A DNA stretch of 64,000 nt from Candidatus Omnitrophota bacterium. Its GTDB lineage: Bacteria > Omnitrophota > Gorgyraeia > Gygaellales > Profunditerraquicolaceae. Below are positions 54,201 through 63,271 of the stretch, one piece after another. Each line of letters opens with the position of its first letter. Position 1 is the stretch's first letter. The notes beneath the pieces were generated by a model. The model was not told where the DNA came from. It was given only the letters and a program-made list of their open reading frames with translations, and made no database searches. The stretch is from the NCBI GenBank assembly GCA_043823435.1, contig JBDRAV010000016.1, positions 1,122 to 65,121 of the forward strand, written 5' to 3'. A program made the position numbers and the translations under genes.

Positions 54201-54698
54201 GGCAGAGAGATAAAGATAGTAGGGTTAATTGCCAAAATCAAACAGACAGTTACCCGCGCGAAACAGGAGAAGATGGCTATATTGAAATTAGAGGATCTTG
54301 ATGGAGCTGTTGAGGTTCTAGTTTTTCCGGCTGCCTTCCAGAAATCTTCAAGATATATCCAGCCCAGTACCGTGGTCCTTGTGAAAGGCAGGGTTGACCG
54401 TAGGGAGGATATACCTAAAATCGTAGCCAATGACCTTTTTCCTATGGACGAAGTATATAAATTGGTCACCAGCGTAAATATAAACCTTTCAGGAGTACGC
54501 GAAAACCTTTTTGAGAGCTTAAAAGAGTTGTTGGTTCAATACCCCGGTAAGATACCTATATATATGCACATGGATACGCCTGCCAGGTCAAGGGTGCATC
54601 TTGTTGTCGGGGAAGGGCTTTACGTTTCTCCTTCCGATAAATTAATCCGGGAGATAGAATCGCTGTTAGGCGAGGACCGCGTATCTTTAGTGATATAG
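51264..54698 (+). CDS. dnaE: DNA polymerase III alpha subunit
   Basis: 1144 aa. PHP domain FIHLHLHTQYSLLDG, catalytic GPGRGSVAGSLVSY..DIDIDF, OB fold near the C-terminus. Confidence 0.97.
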   Translation: MPHSDFIHLHLHTQYSLLDGACRIPKLLERAKQYKMDSLAITDHGSMFGAIDFYLEAQKAGIKPIIGCEMYIAPSSRLEKASAGIDEAAYHLILLARDEAGYQNLIKLVSIGYLEGFYYRPRIDKEILSQHQKGLIAMTACLKGEIPSFLQQRRFNDALKTADDFLNIMGKENFYLEVQGNSIPEQKIVNEGLIKISKELNIPLVATNDVHYLSREDAVSHEVLLCIQTQSTLNDPNRMRFQTDEFYFKSPQEMKELFKDIPQALANTLEIAGRCNLELDFSKMHLPRYDPPDGKNKEDYLRELSEIGLKEKFPEATPDIMTRLEHELGLIKDRGFVSYFLIVWDFIHYAKNNNVPVGPGRGSVAGSLVSYLLGITDINPLKYGLLFERFLNPERLGLPDIDIDFCYERRNEVIDYVTRKYGKGNVAQIITFGTMQARAVVRDVGRVMGMSYADVDRIAKMIPPDPGISLKDALESETELGKLYRNDTQITKLINTAISLEGLNRHASTHAAGVVISDKPLDNYTPLFETQDGQITTGYSMGVLEKIGLLKVDFLGLRTLTVIDETRKIIENTRGIKIDIKNISLDDGNTYKLLNSGQTIGVFQVESSGMRDLLKKLQPDRFEDLIALLALYRPGPIGSGMLDDFMQRRHGRVSIKYQHPKLENVLKETYGIIVYQEQIMQIVSELAGFSLAQADMLRRAIAKKIPEVMEQQRKNFILGCIKNDISESVSNRIFDLIEYFAGYGFNKSHSAAYAMISYRTAYLKANFPVEFMCALLTSERDNTDKIVEYVNESYRMGIKVLPPDINESEALFKVVDEKTIRFGLLAVKNVGGGAAESIVSSRQEGAFSSLEDLCQRIDSRLVNRKVLESMIKCGALDSFGLPRAQMFVSLATIMEISSRAQKDKAKGQISFFDAGFAEDSFKSTANNLPSIKEWPEPQLLAFEKEMLGFYVTGHPLARYAHELKRFTSSSTANLHEHEDGREIKIVGLIAKIKQTVTRAKQEKMAILKLEDLDGAVEVLVFPAAFQKSSRYIQPSTVVLVKGRVDRREDIPKIVANDLFPMDEVYKLVTSVNINLSGVRENLFESLKELLVQYPGKIPIYMHMDTPARSRVHLVVGEGLYVSPSDKLIREIESLLGEDRVSLVI

Positions 54699-54737
54699 AC
54701 TTTTCCCTTTAAATTCTCTGGCACATTGCCACAGAAT

Positions 54738-54771
54738 CAAGTAAAAGTTCCATTAAAGGAACTTTTACTTG
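54738..54771 (+). terminator. Perfect 14-bp hairpin after dnaE (possible terminator), overlapping the hup -35 element
   Basis: CAAGTAAAAGTTCC-attaaa-GGAACTTTTACTTG. No U-tract follows. Confidence 0.4.
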
Positions 54772-54797
54772 ACATCGTAAATTTTTGGTATTATTAT
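54769..54797 (+). promoter_or_regulatory. Candidate hup promoter
   Basis: TTGACA (54769-54774, its first 3 nt lie inside the hairpin stem), 17-nt spacer, TATTAT (54792-54797). Implies a leader of about 135 nt. Confidence 0.5.
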
Positions 54798-54937
54798 AGT
54801 TAGAAATGAGGTCTGTGGCAAAAAGGCTTCATAAATCATATTTAAAGTGGCGGCTGGATTAATTCACAGGCCTTACGCTATAACTTGCATCGTTCTTACG
54901 AACACCGAAACTTATCTGTTTATTAAGGAGGTGATAT

Positions 54938-55210
54938 ATGACTAAGAAAGATATCATTTTAAAGGTATCTGATGAGACTAATTTAAAACAAATAGATGTA
55001 AAAAAGGTTGTGCAAAAAACATTTGATTGCATAATTGAAGCGCTGGTAAGAGGAGAAAAGATAGAGCTGCGCAATTTCGGCGTATTTAAGATAAAGCAGA
55101 GGAAGAGCCGTATCGGCAGGAATCCGCGTACCGGCCAGATAGTACCTGTTCCGCCCCGGAAAGTAGTGGTCTTTAAGCCAGGTCTGGAGATAAAGAAAAA
55201 AGTCAAATAA
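54938..55210 (+). CDS. hup: HU family DNA-binding protein
   Basis: 90 aa. FGVFKIKQRKSRIGRNPRTGQIVPVPPRKVVVFKPG is the HU/IHF arm motif. AAGGAGGTGA Shine-Dalgarno. Confidence 0.95.
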   Translation: MTKKDIILKVSDETNLKQIDVKKVVQKTFDCIIEALVRGEKIELRNFGVFKIKQRKSRIGRNPRTGQIVPVPPRKVVVFKPGLEIKKKVK

Positions 55211-55334
55211 AAACACAGCTTACCATTTAAAATAAGGTGAGTTGCGTATCAGTATCTGAGCCCGCCATAAAAACCCTGATTATAACTAGTAGACATTTAT
55301 AGATATATAATAGACGTAACGCCATTTCTTATTT

Positions 55335-56603
55335 ATGTTTAAAAGGACCCCGGGAACAAAAGACATATTGCCCGAAGAAGTATCCTCCTGGCAGGAGATA
55401 GAGAGGGTTACTCGTAGGATCTTTTCCCTCTACAATTACAGCGAAATACGGCCTCCCATCATCGAAGAAGCGGCATTATTCTCCCGGTCATTAGGGGAAT
55501 CGGCGGAGATAGTCCAGAAGCAGATCTTCCTGATAAAAAATGATAAGGATTTTTATGCGCTGAGGCCCGAGGGTACGGCTTCGGTGGTACGGGCATACAT
55601 TGAGAATAATCTGGACAAGAGCTCTGGGTTAGCAAAGGTTTATTATATAGGCCCGATGTTCAGGGCGGAACGCCCGCAAAAGGGGAGGTTGCGCCAGTTC
55701 CATCATCTGGGTTGCGAGATGATCGGTTCGGGTGCCCCGGAGGCGGATATAGAGGTTATCTCTCTTACAGATAACCTGCTTAAGGCTTACAGGATAGAAG
55801 GCTATGAAATCAGAATAAACAGTCTTGGTTGCGCCAAAGATAAAAAGGAATTGACAGAGGTTATGCGTAAGCGCCTTAAGGATAAACATAATAAGCTCTG
55901 CGATGACTGTAAGATAAGGTTTGGGCGCAATGTCCTGCGGATTTTGGATTGCAAAAACGAAGAGTGCGTCAAGATCGTCCAAAGCCTGGAGATGGGAGAC
56001 GGCCATCTTTGCGCGGATTGTAAAGGGCATTTTCATAAAGTAAAAGGGGGGCTGGATTCATTAAGGGTGGATTATAAAGTTAACCCTTATCTTGTGCGCG
56101 GCCTGGATTATTATACCCGCACTGTGTTTGAAATCGTGCATAACGGTCTGGGCGCCCAGAATGCCCTGGGAGCGGGCGGAAGATATGACAACCTGGTCAG
56201 TGAATTAGGCGGCCCTGACCTTAGCGCCATAGGTTTTGCCTTTGGAATAGAGAGGCTATTATTAGTCAGGAGATCGGAGCCAGGAGTTCAAAGTAACAAT
56301 TTAGTTTACCTTATCACTTTAGGAGAAGAAGCCAAAAAGAAGGGCTTAAAGATATTGGAATATTTGCGTAAAAAAGATATTTGCGCGGATACGGATTACG
56401 AAGGTAAATCCCTGAAGGGTGCTATGCGTAAGGCGAATGATTTAAGGGCGAAATATGTTTTAATTCTCGGAGAGGAAGAGCTGAAAAATAATATCCTGAC
56501 TTTAAAAAATATGATTTCGGGAGAGCAGAAAGAAATTAAACATGAGAATATGCTGGAGGAATTACAAACCTGTAACTCCAAACTCCAGACTCCAAACTCA
56601 TAA
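55335..56603 (+). CDS. hisS: Histidine-tRNA ligase
   Basis: 422 aa. Class II motifs (FRAERPQKGRLRQFHH, GGGRYD). The C-terminal tail CNSKLQTPNS is encoded by a heptamer array. Confidence 0.95.
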   Translation: MFKRTPGTKDILPEEVSSWQEIERVTRRIFSLYNYSEIRPPIIEEAALFSRSLGESAEIVQKQIFLIKNDKDFYALRPEGTASVVRAYIENNLDKSSGLAKVYYIGPMFRAERPQKGRLRQFHHLGCEMIGSGAPEADIEVISLTDNLLKAYRIEGYEIRINSLGCAKDKKELTEVMRKRLKDKHNKLCDDCKIRFGRNVLRILDCKNEECVKIVQSLEMGDGHLCADCKGHFHKVKGGLDSLRVDYKVNPYLVRGLDYYTRTVFEIVHNGLGAQNALGAGGRYDNLVSELGGPDLSAIGFAFGIERLLLVRRSEPGVQSNNLVYLITLGEEAKKKGLKILEYLRKKDICADTDYEGKSLKGAMRKANDLRAKYVLILGEEELKNNILTLKNMISGEQKEIKHENMLEELQTCNSKLQTPNS

Positions 56604-56608
56604 CTTCA
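56574..56608 (+). repeat. 5 x 7-nt array spanning the hisS stop codon
   Basis: AACTCCA AACTCCA GACTCCA AACTCAT AACTTCA. The TAA stop is at 56601-56603. Confidence 0.8.
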
Positions 56609-56621
56609 AGCCCATAACCAT

Positions 56622-58025
56622 ATGTTACGCACACATACCTGCGCAGAACTAAATGAGAATCACGCCGGAAAAGAAGTCACTCTTTCTGGCTGGGTAGCGA
56701 GCCGGCGCGACCACGGAAAACTTATATTTATCGATATCCGCGACCGCTACGGCATCACCCAGGTTGTTTTTATACCCAAGGATGCCGGTGATTTTTATAA
56801 ACTCGCCCAGGACTTAAGGAGTGAATTCGTAGTTAGGGTTTCAGGATTAGTCAATAAACGGCCTGAAGGCACGATTAACCCTAAGCTCCCAACGGGAAAA
56901 ATAGAAGTCTGTGCTAAAAGCCTTGAAATACTTAATCCCAGCATGACCCCGCCTTTTGAGATAAGCGAGAGCCTGGATATCAGCGAAGAGACGCGCCTTA
57001 AATACAGGTACCTGGACCTGAGAAGAAAGAAGGTATTCGATAATTTTATCCTTAGGCATAATTTGTATAAGTCTATACGCGCCTTATTGAACAAAGAAGG
57101 TTTTATTGAGTCAGAGACGCCCATACTTACCAAGTCTACTCCCGAGGGCGCGCGCGATTACCTCGTTCCTTCGCGCCTTAATCCCAGGAAATTTTACGCG
57201 CTCCCTCAATCCCCGCAGCTATTCAAGCAGATACTTATGGTTGCCGGGATAGAGAGGTATTATCAGATCGCTAAATGCTTCCGCGACGAAGACCTGCGCG
57301 CCGATAGGCAGCCGGAATTTACCCAACTGGACATGGAGATCTCTTTTGTGGATGAAGAGGATGTATTTTTCTTAACCGAACAACTGCTCTGTTCGGTATT
57401 AAAAGAGGTTAAGGGCATTGAGGTAAAGGTTCCTTTTCCCCGCATAGCATATGACGAAGCGATGAAGAAATACGCAAGTGACAAGCCCGACATGAGGAAG
57501 GATTTAAATTCTGATTTTGCCTTTGTGTGGGTCGTGGATTTTCCTCTCTTTAAATATAATGCTGAAGAAAAGAGATGGGAGAGCGAGCACCACCCCTTTA
57601 CCGCACCGCGAAAGGAGGATTTAGATAACCTGGAGAAGGCGCCCGAAAAGGTAAAGGCGCGCTCCTATGATTTGGTATTGAACGGCATGGAGATAGGTTC
57701 AGGCTCCATAAGGATACATAACCAGGGATTGCAGGAGAGGATTTTCAGTATTATAGGTATAGATAAAGAAGAGGCGCGTAAGCGCTTTGGTTTTCTGCTG
57801 GAAGCTTTTCAGTACGGTGCGCCGCCGCACGGCGGTATCGCCATAGGCCTGGATAGGTTCCTGGCGATAATATCGGGTGAGGCGAGTATCAGGGAGATGA
57901 TAGCGTTCCCCAAGACGAGTGCGGGGTTATGTCCCTTGACAGGCGCACCCTCAGAGGTGGATGAAAAACAGCTTAAGGAATTGAATATTACTGTGAAAAC
58001 GGCAAAGGAGAGGAGGAAGGAATGA
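56622..58025 (+). CDS. aspS: Aspartate-tRNA ligase, bacterial type but lacking the GAD insertion domain
   Basis: 467 aa. Bacterial-type N-terminal OB fold (LRTHTCAELN..VTLSGWVASRRDHGKLIFIDIRDRYG) and motif 2 (FRDEDLRADRQPEFTQLD). The sequence runs DKPDMRKDLNSDFAFVWVVDFPLF with no insertion of about 130 aa. Confidence 0.93.
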   Translation: MLRTHTCAELNENHAGKEVTLSGWVASRRDHGKLIFIDIRDRYGITQVVFIPKDAGDFYKLAQDLRSEFVVRVSGLVNKRPEGTINPKLPTGKIEVCAKSLEILNPSMTPPFEISESLDISEETRLKYRYLDLRRKKVFDNFILRHNLYKSIRALLNKEGFIESETPILTKSTPEGARDYLVPSRLNPRKFYALPQSPQLFKQILMVAGIERYYQIAKCFRDEDLRADRQPEFTQLDMEISFVDEEDVFFLTEQLLCSVLKEVKGIEVKVPFPRIAYDEAMKKYASDKPDMRKDLNSDFAFVWVVDFPLFKYNAEEKRWESEHHPFTAPRKEDLDNLEKAPEKVKARSYDLVLNGMEIGSGSIRIHNQGLQERIFSIIGIDKEEARKRFGFLLEAFQYGAPPHGGIAIGLDRFLAIISGEASIREMIAFPKTSAGLCPLTGAPSEVDEKQLKELNITVKTAKERRKE

Positions 58026-58585
58026 AAACGCAGGGAGGATTTTATTTATTGGGCTTATCTTTTATTCTGGTATTATCCGGTTGCGTGGTCAGGACCTATC
58101 CCGTTACAAAAGATAGGGTTGACCAGGGGCTGACCGGTAACCGCGGGTATCTGCTGGGAGATGTCCCCGCAGGGGAGAAGAAAGAGACAAAGGCCACTCG
58201 TACTACCCGGGTCGTAGAAGTGGAATTACATTCACCCATAAGATTTGAAAAGATGCCTAAATCCAAGCCGGCGGGATATACTGAAGATAGAGAGCTGTGG
58301 GGCAACCGGGGATTTATCACAGAAAGCGCTCCCCAGGAAATTGCAGAGCCAGTATTTATGCCAGAAACATCCAAGGCATCCAAAGGAAAATCTGAAAAAT
58401 ATACCGTGCAGAAAGGGGATACGCTCCAGAAAATATCACAGAAGTTCTACGGGACCACAAAGAGATGGAATAAGGTATTCGAGGCAAACAGCGATAAGCT
58501 GAAAGCCCCGGGCAAGATCTATCCCGGCCAGGTTATAGATATACCGGTTGAATCAATGAAGGAGCCGGCAGCCAACTTAAAATAA
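58022..58585 (+). CDS. LysM-domain lipoprotein
   Basis: 187 aa. Lipobox LVLSGC. C-terminal LysM domain YTVQKGDTLQKISQKFYG...IYPGQVIDIP. Confidence 0.8.
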   Translation: MKTQGGFYLLGLSFILVLSGCVVRTYPVTKDRVDQGLTGNRGYLLGDVPAGEKKETKATRTTRVVEVELHSPIRFEKMPKSKPAGYTEDRELWGNRGFITESAPQEIAEPVFMPETSKASKGKSEKYTVQKGDTLQKISQKFYGTTKRWNKVFEANSDKLKAPGKIYPGQVIDIPVESMKEPAANLK

Positions 58586-58760
58586 GCAAAGGTATGCCCA
58601 TGGCATTTTTCAAAGGATCATTATATCAAAAATGGCATGGGTAAATTCGCGCATATGATTTACTTGCATTTTCCGCCAATCATGTAGATATGGGGCGGGA
58701 AGACCGTCTTTACTCTAAGGTAGATGAGCAGGGGTGTTCGTAAATCATGCGCTAATTTAA

Positions 58761-59717
58761 ATGGAAAAAATAATCAAATTAGAGACCCATGGCGAAGCCC
58801 AGGGGGTATTCGGCCCGCATGACGAGAATGCTATTGCCATAGAGAAAGAATTCAAGGTTAAGCTGACGCTTCGCGGTGAGCATATCAAGATAAGCGGGAC
58901 AATGGCCAATATTAAAAAGGCCTCTCTTCTTATCGAACATATGCTTACGGCTATGCGTTCTGGCCAGGGTCAGATAGGTAAGTCTGACCTGCTTTGCCTG
59001 ATAGCTAATTTTAATAAAGGCAAGGCTACGCGGCCGGTGAATATACCGGATTCGGATATTACGCGGTCATTTTCCGGGAAGGGTATCGGCCCGAAGACAC
59101 AAGGCCAGCGTGAATATGTAGAGGCGATTAAAAAGCATGATATCGTCTTCGGTATCGGGCCTGCGGGCACGGGTAAAACATACCTGGCTATGGCCTGCGC
59201 AGTCGAGGCCCTAAAGAAACAGGAGGTACGCAGGATAATGCTTACGCGCCCGGCGATAGAAGCCGGGGAATCTCTGGGGTTCCTGCCGGGAGATATGTTT
59301 GAAAAGATATCTCCATACCTGCGTCCCCTCTATGACGCTATTTACGATATGATGGATGCCGAGCGCATAGAGAAGTACCTGGAGACAGGAATCATTGAGG
59401 TGGCGCCACTGGCTTATATGCGAGGAAGGACCTTAAATGATGCCTTTATTATACTGGATGAAGCGCAGAATGCCACCCGCGAGCAGATGAAAATGTTTCT
59501 GACGCGCTTAGGGTTTGACTCCAAGGCCGTGATCACCGGAGATATCACGCAGAGCGACCTGCCCGAAGGTAAGCCTATAGGATTATTGCAGGCGCAGGAT
59601 ATATTAAAGGATATACAGGGGATAAAGTTTATTTATTTTACCGGTTCGGATGTGGTAAGGCATGCGTTAGTGCAGAGGATAATCGAAGCCTATGACAAAG
59701 TTCCTCGCGTTAAATAA
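58761..59717 (+). CDS. phoH: PhoH-like ATPase
   Basis: 318 aa. GPAGTGKTYLA, ILDEAQN, KH-like N-terminus. Confidence 0.94.
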   Translation: MEKIIKLETHGEAQGVFGPHDENAIAIEKEFKVKLTLRGEHIKISGTMANIKKASLLIEHMLTAMRSGQGQIGKSDLLCLIANFNKGKATRPVNIPDSDITRSFSGKGIGPKTQGQREYVEAIKKHDIVFGIGPAGTGKTYLAMACAVEALKKQEVRRIMLTRPAIEAGESLGFLPGDMFEKISPYLRPLYDAIYDMMDAERIEKYLETGIIEVAPLAYMRGRTLNDAFIILDEAQNATREQMKMFLTRLGFDSKAVITGDITQSDLPEGKPIGLLQAQDILKDIQGIKFIYFTGSDVVRHALVQRIIEAYDKVPRVK

Positions 59718-61092
59718 AGAAAAATTTCTTTCGTCGGAGTTCCTGCATAAGCATATCCGCCTCAGGCATACAGGGGTGAAGTTTGCCCTGTGGGCGCTAT
59801 TGGTCTTTCTGGTTAGTTATATACTGGGGGTTAACTTTATTCTTCCTTTATTTTTGATCTGTGTTTTTGTTTACCTGAGGGCATTTTTCAAGGATTGCAG
59901 GTTCTTGTACCTCTCCTTTCTTTTTGTAATTATTTTTGCGGTAAGTTATTTTATTATTCAAGAAGGCCATCCGATATACTATATCCCTTTTGTAGTCATA
60001 CCTATACTCTCGGCGATGCTCTTTGAAGAGCGGGCATTCTCCTTGTTGATTACGCTCGCCTCATCCATGACTATAGCTTATTTTGTCGGGGATATCTATA
60101 CCGGTATACTCTTCTTGACCAGCGGTATCTTTTCGATAGTCTTTGCCAGCGGAGCGCGTAACCGCGTAACGATCATACGAGCGGGTTTCATAGCGGGCCT
60201 GGTACAGGCGATCGCGGTATTCTTTATTGACAATTTCAGCATCGGTCATCCCGAGATCTATCTTATGTTCATGCTTAACGGCGTGATATCCAGCCTGGTC
60301 GTTATAGGGACCCTTCCAATATTTGAATACCTTTTTAAGACCGTAACCAATATAAGTCTCTTGGAGCTGGCTGATTTCGGCCAGCCTGTATTGCAACGGA
60401 TGATGCTTGAGGCGCCAGGAACATACCATCACAGCCTGCTAGTAGGAAACCTTTCCGAAGCTGCCTGCCAGGCAGTCGGTGCCAATGCATTGTTAGCAAG
60501 GATAGGCGCGTATTACCACGATATCGGGAAACTGCAGAAACCCGAATATTTCAGCGAAAACCAGGATGTAAAAGACAGTAAACATGACGCCCTTGCCCCG
60601 AATATGAGCAAGCTTGTGATCATGAACCATGTGAATGACGGCATTGAGCTTGCCAAGAAATACAGGCTCAACCCGAGCCTCCTGGATTTCATAGCGACCC
60701 ATCACGGCACAAGCCTGGTTTATTATTTCTACCGCCGGGCATTGGAGAACAAAGAAGAGGATGAGAATGTTGCGGAAGAGGGTTTTCGTTATCAGGGCCC
60801 GAAACCGCAGACAAAGGAGACGGCCATAGTCCTTCTTGCAGACTCGGTAGAGGCCGCGACTAAATCCTTAAAAGAGCCCAGCCATAACGATATAGAAGAG
60901 GTTGTGCATAAGATCATAAATAATAAGTTTATAGACAGGCAGCTTGATGAATGCGACCTTACCTTAAAGGACCTGGAGAAGATCGCGGTAGTATTTATCC
61001 GTATATTAAGCAGCATATACCATGCGCGCGTAACCTATCCGGAAAAAGAAGCAGCCAGTAGTGAAGATAACCATAAGAAACCTGCAAAATAA
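59692..61092 (+). CDS. pgpH: 7TM-receptor HD-domain phosphohydrolase (PgpH/YqfF-like, short form)
   Basis: 466 aa. Seven hydrophobic helices, then an HD domain (HHSLLVGNL...YHDIGK...HHG). phoH-pgpH-ybeY synteny. Lacks the long extracytoplasmic N-terminal domain of the roughly 700-aa forms. Confidence 0.85.
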   Translation: MTKFLALNKEKFLSSEFLHKHIRLRHTGVKFALWALLVFLVSYILGVNFILPLFLICVFVYLRAFFKDCRFLYLSFLFVIIFAVSYFIIQEGHPIYYIPFVVIPILSAMLFEERAFSLLITLASSMTIAYFVGDIYTGILFLTSGIFSIVFASGARNRVTIIRAGFIAGLVQAIAVFFIDNFSIGHPEIYLMFMLNGVISSLVVIGTLPIFEYLFKTVTNISLLELADFGQPVLQRMMLEAPGTYHHSLLVGNLSEAACQAVGANALLARIGAYYHDIGKLQKPEYFSENQDVKDSKHDALAPNMSKLVIMNHVNDGIELAKKYRLNPSLLDFIATHHGTSLVYYFYRRALENKEEDENVAEEGFRYQGPKPQTKETAIVLLADSVEAATKSLKEPSHNDIEEVVHKIINNKFIDRQLDECDLTLKDLEKIAVVFIRILSSIYHARVTYPEKEAASSEDNHKKPAK

Positions 61093-61498
61093 GGTTCCCG
61101 TCAGTCCCAAAATAGTAATAAAAACAGTCAAGAAAGTCTTATCGTCAGAAAGAATCAGGAAGAACGGGGAGATCGCCTTTTCCTTTGTAACTGACAGGGA
61201 GATCAGGAGGCTTAATCTGAAATATCTCGGTAAAGACAGTCCTACGGATGTGATCGCATTCGATGTCGCAGAGCCTGTCCAACCCGGGAAGATATTCGCG
61301 GATATAGTCATATCATCCGAGAGGGCCGTTGATAATGCCGTTAGATTCAAGACTACTGCGTTATACGAATTGTATTTGTATGTCATTCACGGGGTATTAC
61401 ATATCCTGGGTTATGATCACCGCGAGAAAGAAGACAGATTGATGATGCGCAAGAAGGAAGCGGCTTTAATCAAAGGTTTGTTCCTGTCGCCAAAATAA
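61061..61498 (+). CDS. ybeY: rRNA maturation endoribonuclease YbeY
   Basis: 145 aa. HGVLHILGYDH zinc motif. GTG start. Confidence 0.94.
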   Translation: MKITIRNLQNKVPVSPKIVIKTVKKVLSSERIRKNGEIAFSFVTDREIRRLNLKYLGKDSPTDVIAFDVAEPVQPGKIFADIVISSERAVDNAVRFKTTALYELYLYVIHGVLHILGYDHREKEDRLMMRKKEAALIKGLFLSPK

Positions 61499-61531
61499 CC
61501 TGTCAAGTTTAACCTGTCACTATTTTTAGTC

Positions 61532-62299
61532 ATGTCTTTACACAAAACCGAAGCATTAGTCTTAAATAAGTGGGATTTCCGCGAGACTTCCCTGATCGCC
61601 AGTCTTTACAGCCGCGATTTCGGGAAGATGAGTGGGCTTTTAAAGGGGATCAGAAAGGAGCCCGCCAAGTTTGCCAGCACCGTAGAGCTGTTTTCGCATA
61701 ACGAGATCGTATTCTATAAGAAGATAAATTCTTCGCTGCACCTGGTTTCTCAATGCGATACAAGGAATAATTTCAGTCCCATCAGGCAGGATATATACAG
61801 GGTGGGTATAGCCAGTTTTATGATGGAGTTGATAGACGCGGTTATGGCGCAGGAGGATGCTAATACCGATGTCTTTGACCTGGCGCTTACCTGCCTTAAG
61901 GAGCTAGAGATAAACCCTAACCCGGAAAAGATCGCGACTATATTCAAGATCAAGATGCTTAGCCTTTCCGGGTTTAAGCCGCACTTTGATTCCTGCGTTT
62001 CCTGCGGGGAGCGTATTATAGGGCATTCTAAGTTCAGCTTTGTATTAGGAGGGTTGCTTTGTACAAGATGCTATCCTAAAGATTTCAAGGCGCGTAATAT
62101 TTTCAGGGGGACAGTAGCATCTATCCTGCACATTGAAAAGAATGACTTCAGGATCAACCTTAACCTGGGGATGAACCCGCAGATAAAGAAAGAATTGAAC
62201 GTCATCCTGAACGCCTTTCTGACCTTTCATCTGGAAAAGGAACTAAAAACCCAGAAGGTAATGAATAAAATGGAGAATTTCGCACCCGCATTAAGATAA
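61532..62299 (+). CDS. recO: DNA repair protein RecO
   Basis: 255 aa. N-terminal OB fold (TEALVLNKWDFRETS), zinc-finger cysteines CVSCG...CTRC. Confidence 0.9.
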   Translation: MSLHKTEALVLNKWDFRETSLIASLYSRDFGKMSGLLKGIRKEPAKFASTVELFSHNEIVFYKKINSSLHLVSQCDTRNNFSPIRQDIYRVGIASFMMELIDAVMAQEDANTDVFDLALTCLKELEINPNPEKIATIFKIKMLSLSGFKPHFDSCVSCGERIIGHSKFSFVLGGLLCTRCYPKDFKARNIFRGTVASILHIEKNDFRINLNLGMNPQIKKELNVILNAFLTFHLEKELKTQKVMNKMENFAPALR

Positions 62300-62344
62300 A
62301 AAGGTCTATCCCTGATTGAAAAGATCAGCCTAAAGGAGGCTTAA

Positions 62345-63271
62345 ATGAAAATCGTTATCGTCGGTCCCGGAGCAATGGGAAGTTTATTCGCCGCCTTTTT
62401 GTCAAAATCCAAAGAAGAGATATGGCTTCTAGATAAGAATAAGGAGCGCGCAAGCCGCATACAGCAAAACGGGATATCCGTGGAGGGCGTTTCAGGCAAT
62501 TGGCAGGCCGCAGTAAAGGCAACTGCCGATGCCAAAGAGATAGGGGAGGCGAATCTGGTAATAATCTGCGTTAAGTCTTATGATACTAAAGAAGCGATGC
62601 TACACGTCAAACCTATCGTAGGAGAAAACACCAGGGTTCTTACGTTGCAAAACGGTATCGGCAATATAGAAATACTGAATGAAATAGCAGGCAGCGATAA
62701 AGTAATCGGAGGAGCGACTAACCTTGGCGCGACGCTATTGGATGCGGGCAAGGTAAGGCATGCCGGGCGCGGGGAGACGGTTATCGGCCGCATCGATGGG
62801 AAGATCCCCGTTGAAATGCGCTCTATCCGCGAGTTATTCAATAAAATCCGCCTTGAGACCAGGATATCGCGCGATATTAAAGGCTTATTATGGTCAAAGC
62901 TGATCATCAATGTAGGGATAAACGCGCTTACTGCTATCACGCGCTTAAATAACGGAAGGTTAGTGGAATTTGAGGGGACACGCAGGATATTGCGTAATGC
63001 AGTCACGGAAGCAATCCGTGTAGCCAAGAGAAAGAGGGTTAAGCTTATCTACGATGACCCGCTGGCTAAAGTAGAGGCAGTCTGTGAGGCAACTGCAACC
63101 AATGTATCCAGCATGCTGCAGGATGTATTGAAGAAGAAGCGCACCGAGATAGATTTTATTAATGGGGTGATCGTGAGGCAGGGGCAGGAGCTCGGTATCC
63201 CCGTGCCTGCGAATTCATTGATCGTTGACTTAGTCAAAACCATCGAAGCTAGTTATAAATTAATGGTCTAG
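62345..63271 (+). CDS. panE: 2-dehydropantoate 2-reductase
   Basis: 308 aa. MKIVIVGPGAMGSLFA Rossmann motif, VKSYD, SMLQD..K..TEID motifs of the ApbA/PanE family. Confidence 0.9.
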   Translation: MKIVIVGPGAMGSLFAAFLSKSKEEIWLLDKNKERASRIQQNGISVEGVSGNWQAAVKATADAKEIGEANLVIICVKSYDTKEAMLHVKPIVGENTRVLTLQNGIGNIEILNEIAGSDKVIGGATNLGATLLDAGKVRHAGRGETVIGRIDGKIPVEMRSIRELFNKIRLETRISRDIKGLLWSKLIINVGINALTAITRLNNGRLVEFEGTRRILRNAVTEAIRVAKRKRVKLIYDDPLAKVEAVCEATATNVSSMLQDVLKKKRTEIDFINGVIVRQGQELGIPVPANSLIVDLVKTIEASYKLMV

